DNA of 64,000 nucleotides from Octopus bimaculoides (lineage: Eukaryota). Positions 26,857-38,682 of this stretch are shown one piece after another (the stretch's first letter is position 1; each line of letters begins with the position of its first letter). The notes below the pieces were generated by a model that did no database searches, was not told the DNA's origin, and saw only the letters and a program-made list of their open reading frames with translations. The stretch covers positions 2,190,684 through 2,254,683 of the forward strand of contig NC_068998.1 of assembly GCF_001194135.2 (NCBI RefSeq). Reading direction: 5' to 3'. The translations under genes were made by a program, and so were the position numbers.

Positions 26857-28343
26857 TTTCCATGCTCACATGGGTCAAGCAGTTTGTTGAGACGAATTTT
26901 CTTAGGTCAGATGCCCTTCCTGTCACTAACCCTCACCTGTTTCAAAGTGAGGTCATATTTCCTCCTTGGCCAGACATGTTTTCACAGAAGACTGGAAATG
27001 AAGGACACTGTTTGTATGACAGTGACACTCACTCATAACTTTTGCATGTCATGTATAAGATGGGTTTCTCTCTGTTTCTGTCTCTCAAATCCACTCACAA
27101 GGCTTCGGTTGGCCTAGGGTTATAGGAGGAAAAAAGGAAACTCACTCAAAGTACTATGCAGTGGGACTGAACATGAAACCTGTGCCTAATATGTAATATA
27201 ATATTGATATGATATATTATAATATAATACTAGAATATATATGTATCTATATACACACACTCACACACATCAGTATATAAGGGTGTGATCCAGGGATCCA
27301 AGAGTAGGAATTTAGCAAGCTTCAAGCAGTCCATAGCAGATGCAGTATGGTCAGGAATAATAACAGTTTATTGGCATCAAAGGTTACACCCTTTTTCCTA
27401 TATCGAAGCTGCAAGGAAATTTGGTAAGCTGAAAGTTTCTATATAGCAGCGAGAGTTGCCATGAATGCGGATAAAAATCCAAATTGAGGGATTGGAATGT
27501 GTAAAAGCTTGACTATGTATATTTCTTGGCTAGCTGATTCTCTAATGTAATGATTACTCAATGAGGGGTACTCAACATAACTAATCATCAGGCTGAGAAA
27601 ACCTTAATTACATGAAGGTTACATTGTCGTTTGGGATTCCCAAGTTAACTCAGTGCAGATCTGAGTTGAAATGAGTGGCAAAGCCAGAAGAACAGAATAA
27701 ATAAACAGATGTTTGAAGAAATAAGATGTCAAGAAGAAAGGGAAGGGCGAGGTCAAATACGTGGGAGTGGGAATCGTATAAGGTTGTTAGGAATGAAGAA
27801 AAGGAGAAGTGGAAGAAAGAAGGGGGAGATAAGAGTAGGAGGTAGTTGCTGTTGTTAAATGAAAAGAATGGTTGTCATAAATATTGTGCTGGGATGGCTT
27901 AAGACAGAGGCTAGCTGAGTAGGTTTTACAGTACCCTGGTTTCCCAAGCAGTCACCCATCTAAACACTAACTAGGCTCAACTTTGCTTAACTTTGGTGAT
28001 CACACAAGAATCAGTGCATTCAACATATGGCCCTGGGGGTGGCCAATGAGTTAAATTATCAGTCAAGTACTGGGCTCAATGTCATTGACTTGCTGCCCCT
28101 CCCTTCAAAAGTGACTGGCCTTGAGACTCCATGGAAACCCAATTACAGGCCTTTCAGAGTTGTAGGTGCTTGAGGTAAATAAAACAAAGTAAAAAAAATA
28201 AAGAAGGTGATGACAAGGTGGTTAATTAATTACACCTGTGGTTTGCTTTACACTGGGATGTTGGGAGAGTATGTTTATTAAAAAAGCTAAACATTACATT
28301 TCAAATTATAACTCCAAAATACTGTGCGTGCACATGCACGCAT

Positions 28344-28379
<36 letters not shown>

Positions 28380-29226
28380 ACACACATACACACAGAGAGC
28401 AAGAGAGATAGACACATAGAAGCATGTCTTACAAAACAAGTAGAGATAGAAGCAACAAAGATCTCTATTCTGCTCTTAGCCTTTGTTGCCATTGTCCTCT
28501 TTCTCCTCCTCCTCCCCCNNNNNNNNNNNNNNNNNNNNNNNNNNNNNNNNNNNNNNNNNNNNNNNNNNNNNNNNNNNNNNNNNNNNNNNNNNNNNNNNNN
28601 NNNNNNNNNNNNNNNNNNNNNNNNNNNNNNNNNNNNNNNNNNNNNNNNNNNNNNNNNNNNNNNNNNNNNNNNNNNNNNNNNNNNNNNNNNNNNNNNNNNN
28701 NNNNNNNNNNNNNNNNNNNNNNNNNNNNNNNNNNNNNNNNNNNNNNNNNNNNNNNNNNNNNNNNNNNNNNNNNNNNNNNNNNNNNNNNNNNNNNNNNNNN
28801 NNNNNNNNNNNNNNNNNNNNNNNNNNNNNNNNNNNNNNNNNNNNNNNNNNNNNNNNNNNNNNNNNNNNNNNNNNNNNNNNNNNNNNNNNNNNNNNNNNNN
28901 NNNNNNNNNNNNNNNNNNNNNNNNNNNNNNNNNNNNNNNNNNNNNNNNNNNNNNNNNNNNNNNNNNNNNNNNNNNNNNNNNNNNNNNNNNNNNNNNNNNN
29001 NNNNNNNNNNNNNNNNNNNNNNNNNNNNNNNNNNNNNNNNNNNNNNNNNNNNNNNNNNNNNNNNNNNNNNNNNNNNNNNNNNNNNNNNNNNNNNNNNNNN
29101 NNNNNNNNNNNNNNNNNNNNNNNNNNNNNNNNNNNNNNNNNNNNNNNNNNNNNNNNNNNNNNNNNNNNNNNNNNNNNNNNNNNNNNNNNNNNNNNNNNNN
29201 NNNNNNNNNNNNNNNNNNNNNNNNNN

Positions 29227-29263
<37 letters not shown>

Positions 29264-30112
29264 TATATAGATAGGGTGATAAATTGAATATTAATTCAAT
29301 TTAAAACCAACTGGCCTAGCATATAAAAAAATCTGAAAATTCAGAAAAAAAATTGTATTACATGTATTACATTGTGGTTGGGTCGTTGGTGACCTCTTTC
29401 TAGCATATTGGATGTCCACCTAGTAGTCATCCCTTATACACGTGTAATACAGATTCCATCTGACCCATGCAGGCATTGAGATGCAGACATTAAATAATAA
29501 TGATTTTCTGTGTACATGTCTCTTTGTGTGTGTTCGTATAAAATGTTCTGCCTCTTGACCTCCATCAATACCAGTTGTGCATGTGCTGTTGTTTTGCCAA
29601 ATGATCAAGCAAACTTATGATCAAATGCATTCTAGCCATGATCATCCCATCTTTTAAGAGTTTGAAGGACTACATTAATCAGTGTAGCCTTGTCTTACTT
29701 TGACTAAAAAGGGATTTTTAGAGAGATTTGATACCTGCGGCTGCTATATCTTACAAAGGTAGGTGACATAAAATTAAGCATTTAGCTGTGACAATATAGA
29801 GAAATGTCTGCAGTGTGAGATAAACTCAGACCTTCTGTTTCTTTGATAGAGTTGAACTTTTACTTAACCTAGTTCACAGCCAACTTTTGATCCCTTGCTG
29901 TAGTCATTTTGCTTTCTGTATATGGTTGACGTTCTCCAGAATGGTATGTACTCTGCAGACTCTTAATTTTCTTCTCCAAGAAGCCAAAGGCCATTGTGAT
30001 TTCCAAGAGATCAATAATTTTTATTACAAACTGGTTGCTATCATGCTAGTCTTAACCCCAGGGAAGAATGAGATGTTTTTGAATTCATATAATTTGAGAA
30101 TTCACATCTCTG

Positions 30113-30156
<44 letters not shown>

Positions 30157-31982
30157 AATCGTTATTTCAGTGTTTACTTCTCCATGCTTACATGTGTCAC
30201 ATGAATTTGTCAGAGCACATTTTCTATGCCCAAAAGCTCTTCCCATTGCCAACTATCTCTTGTTTCCAAGTAAGGGAATATTTCTCCCAACTTCAAACAT
30301 GTTTTTACACAAGATTTCAATTGGCACTGTTACTATGGTGGCGAAGCTTGTTTACAACTAGCACACAATGTCAAGATAAGGAGTCACACACACACACACA
30401 CACGTATGTATGTAGTAGAGGCCCAGTGGTTATGGCAGCAGACTCGCAGTTTCGATTCCCAGACTAGTCATCGTGAGATATGCTTTGGAGATATGCTGTG
30501 ATTGAGAAAACCAGGCAACTAAGGTGAGATCGCAGCCATGGATGTCTGGCCCAGTTAAGAGTGCCCCAGATGCGTCAGGCGATATGATATACTTGCGAAG
30601 ACCTGTTGAGTCAAGTAAAACCAATTTCGTAGCTGTGGCCAGTGTCCCCTGACCGGCTCCTATGCCAGTGGCATGTAAAAAGCACCATCCAAATGTGGTC
30701 GATACCAGGTCCACTTGACTGGCTCCTGTGCCAGTGGCACGTAAAAAGCACCATCCGAACATGGCCAATGCTAGTACCCCCTGACTGGCTCTCATGCTGG
30801 TGGCACATAAAAACCACCAACCAAACGTGGCTGATGCCAGTACCATGTGACTGGCTCCCGTACCGGTGGCACATAAAAAGCATCCACTACACTCTCTGAG
30901 TGGTTGGCATTCAGAAGGACATCCAGCTGTAGAAACATTGCCAGATTAGATTGGAGCCTGGTGCAGCTGCTGGCTCTCAAGACCTCAGTCAAACTGTCCA
31001 ACCCATGCCAGCATGGAAAATGGACGTTAAACAATGATGATGATGATATATATAATCTGGGAAAGTCTAAAATGTATAGAATAAATATTATAATGGAGTT
31101 AAGTCAGGATAATTACAAATTTTCTCCAATATAAAATGGTTTAAAACGGATCGAAAAGGTAAAATTGAAAATATCTCCTGCTCTGTGTGTTTGGTTAAGA
31201 GAGAGAGAGAGAGAGAGAGAGAGATGTGTTAATTGTAAGAAATTATGATGGCGTTGTGTGTCTTGAGATTACAATACAGAGAAAGTGCTCCATTTCCATT
31301 CTACAATATTATTTTAATCTATTAATGTGAAAGAGCTTTCTCCTCCTCTGCCTTCTCTTGTGATTCCACGAAGAAGAAGCAGTAATATTCCAATCTAATG
31401 GATTTGCTTTCACAAGGTTCGTTAACCCTGTTGATGGCAACCTGCCCAAGGCTAGCTTCAGTTCTGTCGCACCAAACACCAACTAAAAAAAAATTTCCAT
31501 ACTTAAATTAAAAATCTTGTCTTGTAATTTAATGTAAGAACATTTTGTTATGTTCTCAACACCGGCTTCCTAATGAAAATATCAGCTATTTTATGAAATT
31601 CCTCAAAATAGCTCATTATTTTTCAAAAGCTCTCGGTGTATTTCTTTAAGAATCTGGTAATGAAAGAGTTTAGAATTTGCTTTGTTAGTGCCTGCACCTG
31701 GTTTTGAATGCTTGTCAGATGCTACACACTTATTGATTCCATAAAGAACAGGTTTAGATCATTTCAAATAAAAATGAAGAAAAAGATAATTGATTTTACA
31801 CATTCTAAAATGGTAACTTCCTGTTCTTTGAAAAGAGACCAGATTAAAAATGGGTGACATTATATCTAATGAGAAAAATGGTTTCATAAACAGCTAAGAT
31901 TAGACAATTTCAAACTATTTTCACAAAAATTTGTGTTTTTTGATTGCTGGTGGTAGTGGGGGGTACCTTTTTTTTTCTTTTT

Positions 31983-32023
<41 letters not shown>

Positions 32024-32232
32024 TGGTGGTTCTCTTTGAGAAATACTTGAAAAGCTTAAATTGTTTTAATTCCAGAAGTGAATAAATTGGTATAAACATA
32101 AAAGAAGAGATCTTTACCTCGTCCCCCACTCCGCCTCCATCAATCAACCAGTTGAAAGTTTTCGAAAAATCCTGTAACATTAGCAATATAAGACAATAAC
32201 AGGGTTTGGTTTGAAAACTGATAGATAATGCC

Positions 32233-32263
<31 letters not shown>

Positions 32264-32705
32264 CCATCACACCATCATCATTACTATTATTATTACTATT
32301 ATTATTGCGGTGAACTTTTAGAGTAGTAGTAGGTAGTAGTAGTAGTAGTAGTAGTTTTTTTTGTTTGTTTTTTTTCCTGCAAGATGTTTGGTGAGCCAAG
32401 AAGTCTTTGCATTTAAGGAATCGTCCACCACGGCTGACGTTTAATGACTTTCTAAACATTGGTGGCAGAACAGATGTAATCACAGTAATTAGATCACCTT
32501 GAATTCTGACACAACTTGCTAATAGTATTAAACTTGGTTAACTAGCATCACCTCCTCCCTACCTCACCCCAACACCAGTCGATGTTCTTTTGGCGTAAAT
32601 ATTTCTTTTACTGCAACTCGTGTATCAAATTCTTCACATTGTCTTCCACCATATTTCTTTCCTTCTACCTTCCGTTTCACCTTTACACAGCCCTACATCT
32701 GATTT

Positions 32706-32741
<36 letters not shown>

Positions 32742-35091
32742 TACTCCATCTCATTTTTTTCTTCCTCTCTTCCTTTACTAAAAGATATCCTTAACTCATT
32801 TTACATTACTCTTACTCTTTACTCTTTTACTCGTTTCAGTCATTTGACTGCAGCCAGTATGAGGGACGTTCTGTTATCCTACTGAATTCCGCTCTGGGTT
32901 AGAAAAAGGTTTTATCTCTGACACCCTCCTCAAGTGTTTCAGATTTCCTTAATTCCTTAACCCCCAGATTAACCTGATTGATCAGATCAGTAATTAAAGG
33001 CCTTCTGGCCATGACCATCCCATGTATTTGTATATGCAGGGCTACATTGTTCAATGTAGCCTGATTTTATTTTGAGGCCAGTGAAGAGATTTAGCTGCTA
33101 TTTGGAGGAGGTCGATCAACCCTGTAGGGTCTGACTTGCTGGGTGGGAGTAGGGGTGGGTGAGGGATACCCAACGACAACAAGCTGACCTGTGAACAATA
33201 TCCAGCTTCCAAGAGTTAAAGATAAATGCACTTTCCACCACCACCACCACCACCACCACCACCACCATTGTCACCACTATTACTACTACCGTTATCACCA
33301 CTGTTATGACTGTTTCTCATACCATCACCATCAGTGTTGTCAATCAGTCACTACCACCACATTACTACCTACTACTACTACACCCACTGACTACTACATC
33401 ACTGCAACCACCAACACCACAACTACCACCACTATCATTGCTGTCATCGTCATTCACCATCACCACCACTAAGTTTACTACTACTACTACCAAACCACAA
33501 TATCAACAACACCATTACCATACCACCTCCACTACATCACCAGTACTGCTACCTACCATCACCACCACCACCACCACCACCACCACCACCACAACCTATT
33601 TAGAATATTATCCATCTCTGTCACTATGACAACCATTCAGTGTTAATGACCTTATCAAAATAGTTTTATATTCAGAGTAGTTACATCATCATCATCATCA
33701 TAATCATCATCATCATCATTTCATCACCACCACCACCACCACCACCATTATCACTATGACCACCCATCGCTGGTGCCTTCTCCAAAACCACTCCCAATTT
33801 CTACCATCACCACCACCACTACCACCACCACTTACATCATCTGAATTCTCAATATTGTCATCATCATCAAGACATCACCCTCCTACCACTACCATTATCA
33901 TCACCACCACCACCACCACCATCGTCATCATCATCATCATCACCAACAAGCTTGGAATGTTTCACAGTCAGGGAGAATGCCAGTTATTTGATTATTTATT
34001 TTATGCTTTTCTTCTCCTTCTGGTTGGGTGTGGTCATGGCTGGGTGAGTGGGTGGGTGACTGTCAGACAAGGAGTGTGTCCAAGTGGAATGGTTTCTAAT
34101 GTTAATAGCAACAGTGTCTGTCTGTGTGTCTGCTAGTGTCTCTAGATATTTCAGTGTTGCAGTGAGAAATTAGCAAGAGGCTTTAGCACTGGTGGCAGCA
34201 GTGGTGGTGGTGGTGGTGGTAGTAGTAATAGTAGTAGTAGTAGTAGTAGTAGTTGTAGTAGTTGTTGTTGTTGTTGTTGTTGTTGTTGTTATACAACCCT
34301 GAGCCAGTCTTGATTCAAGAGACCTATGATCAAAGGTGTTCCAGCCGTGACCATCCATCCTCATTCTTCAGACCCCTGATGGCCTTTGAGTACCTTTGGT
34401 GGAGTCTACTCTCTTGCAAGTCTTTGGACCAGATTCCTTTCTTCTCTCCACCAATCAGAGGCTCTTGAGAAAGGTCATGGGCACTGCCCTTCCTCACCTG
34501 TGCTCAACTGTTACTTATTTTATCGACCCAGAAAAGATGAAAGATAAAATTAACCTCAGCAGAATTTGAACTCAGAATGACAATGATGACGATGTAGTAA
34601 ACCACATTTGCACTTTATAATTAATTTGTGTCCATTTGACCCAGGAATGGTTAAGAAGGAAGATGAAAGCCACGAGATAAAAATGGTGAAGATAGTGCCA
34701 ATTATTGTTGGGTCTTTGGGGACAGTACCAAAAGGCATCAAGTGGAATATAAAGGAAATCAGAATTAAGGGGCCCAGTAGAACTGTTGCAAAAAGTTTGC
34801 CTCTTTGGCATGGCCAGAATCCTCTGGAAAGTATTAAATAGTTGAAGAGAACAAACGGTAAAGTTCCATAGGCAGCAGGTAGCAAGCCTGCAACTCATAC
34901 AAGACTCCAGGAGTTCCAGCAAAACAAGAATTTAAAGAATCATAATGGTTTTAAATTTTGGCACAAGATCTACGATTTTAGGGGGAGGTGGTTAGTCAAT
35001 TGCATTAATCCCTGGGGCTCAACTGGTCTATTGACCCCTAAAGGATGAAAGGCAAAGTCGACCACCTCAGCAGAAGACAAAGGTGGGGACA

Positions 35092-35132
<41 letters not shown>

Positions 35133-38100
35133 CTGAAGACTGGAGTTACTGGTATTCTCCAGTCTTCACTTTTTACAGCACAATTGTAAAAATAGAAAAA
35201 AAAAAGAATTATTTTTCATAAAGACACTTTTGTTTCCATTACTACAATATGATGTTTATATTATATTTGTTGTCTTCTCTATATTGTTTCTATATGAGTG
35301 CCATTATTATTGCAGAATTTAAACAGTCAATCCCACAATCCAGTATGGGAGATTGAACTTCAAAAGGTCTCCAAGGTATGTCTTTCTTCAGAACTCCCAG
35401 TTATGCGTTCGTTTATATATATATAAGAGAGTGAAATAGAATGTCTTTGACAGATTCCTGCAAAATAGTGAGGTTGATGTGGTGTGTGTTCATTTTCTCT
35501 AAAGTTGAAGTTAATTGTGTATAAAGTTGAGAATATTAATTTAAAACAATGTTGCAATCACAAGGTTCAGTTCCTTTGTACAATATCTTGAACTCAAGCC
35601 CCAGGCAAACCAATGTCTTGTGAGTAAATTTAGTTGACAGAAACTGTGAGGAAGCCTGTCATACATATATGTGTGTGTGTGTGTGTGTTCTATTTGTCCT
35701 CCTCCACCACTAGACAACTGGTGTTGGTTTGTTTACATTCCTGTAACTTAGTGGTTCAGCAAAAGACACTTGTAGAATATGTACAAGACTTTAAAAAATA
35801 AATACAGGTGTTGATTTGTTTGACGAAACCTTTCAAAGCAGTGCTCCAGCATGGCTGCAGTCCAATGACTGAAACAATGAGAAGAAAGACAAAACATAAA
35901 CTTATCTCAGACATTTTGACGCTGATACCAGTTTTGGTTCTTCAGTGCCTTCGCCATTATTTGGTTCAACACATTTACAGCCTATGGAATCTACATTGTC
36001 CAACCTATATATGTCGAACAGTTGTGTGTCTGTTGGCCAAGTTCCACTTCCATAAATTAATAAAGATGGCACCAGAGCATCTTCATCATCATCATCATTA
36101 TCACTACCAGATGACATCACCGATGCCATGTAATAACTTTGGTAGTTTTGTGTTGGACACTGCAGCCGCAGCTACTCTTGACTCCTATGCCATTATGGAA
36201 TAATTCATCAAAAAATTGGCCATTAGCCATATATATATTATATAGTATATTTGTGTATGTGTGTATATATAGAGAGAGATGTATGTATATTTATGTATAA
36301 TTATGTGTGTGTGTGTCTATATATATGTATATACACATACATATATATTATATAATATCACCATTTAATGTCCATATTGGTATGTAGGTGCAGCATGGCT
36401 GAATAATCATTCAGAAGTATGCTTTTACAACCATTGAGTCCCAAGTTCAATCCTGCTTCTGGATATCTTAGATAAGTGTCACCCATACCTGTGCGTGAAA
36501 TTGGGTCGAGAGAAGCTTAATTGGAAAAGACCTTTGGGTGGATTGTGCCTGGAATTTAAAAGGTTCAGCTTTGTCTCTCTCACACATTGATTTTGCCTAC
36601 ATTAAAAAGACAAAAATACTCCTCTAAGGGTGCATATATCTGTGGAATACTCAACCACTTACACATTAATTCAGAAACAGACAAATGGCTACCATTTTTC
36701 TTTCTTTCTTTTCTTGCTAATTACTATAATATACATTTAATAGCTAATTCGGTTGAAACAAAAGAAAAACAAATTGATGATCGTTTATCATCTCGTCAAT
36801 GTAATTATATTCCATTCGTTTAATTTTATCCAGGTCAGTGATGCTCGTAAACTCCGACCCAAGGTTGACTTCTGCTTTGGTACGTTACGTTTTGTACTCG
36901 TCTCTTTTCTTCAACAATTTAGTTAAAATATCCAACCTAATGTGTGTATAATTACTACATCACTGCCAATTAAACTAATTAGGGTGCGGTTAATTTTATG
37001 CATATTCATTACTTTGAAAATGGAAATTTTATGGAATTCAGAAATTGTAGAATTATTTCATTCTTAAATTCATTTCATCAAAAAGGAATCAACAGTTTAA
37101 TTCTTGACATTCTTTTAGATTTTTACTTAATTTTTAAAAAAGTTGTTTTTTCTTCTTTTTCCGATCAATTCTGTTTCCAATTCTAACCTGGAAGCAGGAC
37201 ATGAGGTAGTTTTATTTAAAATTGGGGCTGCATGAGGGAATAACCACTGCCTGGTGCTGCATCAGGGCATTTATTATTATCCTTATCATTAGTTAAGGTG
37301 GTGTGCTGGCAGAATTGTTACTGCGCTGGACGAAATGCTTTGTGGTATTTCACTCGTCACTTCATTATGAGTTCAAATTCTGCTGAGGTCAACTTTGCCT
37401 TTCATCCTTTCGGGGGCCAATAAAATAAGTACCAGTTGCGCATTGGGGTGTCAATGTAATCAACTCATCCCCCTCCCCACCAAAATTGCTGCCCTTGTGG
37501 CAGAATTTGAAACCATGATTATTATTATTATTGTTATTATTATCTTTCAGTGGTCAACTTTGCTGGTCAGCGTTATTTTCTACAAGCGGAGGACCAGACA
37601 GACATGAACAAGTGGATTGATGTCCTCAACAATGCTAGTAAAATTATTGTAAGTATCTATAGTGTTTTGTTTTTTTTGTTTTTCTGTAGAGGGAGTAGGG
37701 TGGGGATGGGTGGGAATCGGATGGAGTGATGGATGGATTAGGACTCCCAGGTCAGGTCCTTTTTTGTTGATTCACTTCTGTTTCTGAATAAAAGATGGGA
37801 TGGTCATGGCTAGAACACCATTGATCATTGCTTTGGTGGATCAGGTTTGACATGAGATTAAACAACAATGAAGAACACATTAGATGATGTAGTCCTAGAT
37901 ATACTATGTCTAAATAGAAGATGTGGTGGTTACAGTTGGCACATTTTTGATTGTAAGTCTGCTGAATCAGGAACTGACCTAGGGCTAAACGATAACTAAA
38001 CCTAACAATAAATAATGCAGTCCTATATACACTATCTTTGAATAAAAAGTGGGATGGTCACTGTTGGAGCCCCTTTGATCACTGAATCTGTGTGTGTTTG

Positions 38101-38409
38101 TGAGAGAGAGAAATAGAACTGTGTGTGTGTGTGTAATGTGTCTAAACTAATAAATCTTGTTTCATTTTGGGAAGGCGAGGGGGGAGTGTGAGGAGAGAGG
38201 CACTTGTAATAAGTCTGGTTTCACTGAGGAGGAGAAGAGAACAGAAAGATATTAGTTGGGGAGTGAGAAAGACGAAGAAAGAGAGAGAGAGAGAGAGATG
38301 AAAGGCCTCCATTGTGCCTTTATTATCAGGGAAGAACGAGAGGAGTATCTAGTGGGTGTGTCATTTAGTGCCTGACTGTATAATATATATTAGTGTGTGT
38401 GTGTGTGTG

Positions 38410-38451
<42 letters not shown>

Positions 38452-38648
38452 CTATATTTGTATGCCTGTATTTGTGGAGCTAGTGTAAAAGGCTATATAG
38501 CTTAATAGTGTCTAATGAAAGTGGGTAGTTTAGAAATGTCACATCAATTAAGCTTAATAAGATTTTAATAAGGCCTGTTAGAAATGTCACTTGTACAGAA
38601 GAAGGATTGTCATAGCAGACCGACTTGCAGTAACAAACGCTGCGCTTA

Positions 38649-38682
<34 letters not shown>

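Noticed and set aside
13282-29287. Long ORFs spanning N runs (e.g. 13282-14325, 23695-24768, 28424-29287)
   Set aside because: Artefacts of gap translation (X runs)
30634-30890. CRISPR-like regularly spaced repeat
   Set aside because: The units are contiguous tandem copies without unique spacers, in a eukaryotic SINE, with no cas genes
30430-30899. ORFs with 22-aa repeats on both strands
   Set aside because: Explained by the 66-bp tandem unit inside a SINE; not treated as a protein
33040-33061. Perfect 10-bp hairpin ggctacattg-tt-caatgtagcc
   Set aside because: A variant of a semi-palindromic motif in dispersed repeat family D; not locus-specific
35902-36129. 75-aa minus-strand ORF with an acidic stretch
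   Set aside because: Built partly from a (CAT)n repeat; no recognisable domain or flanking splice pattern
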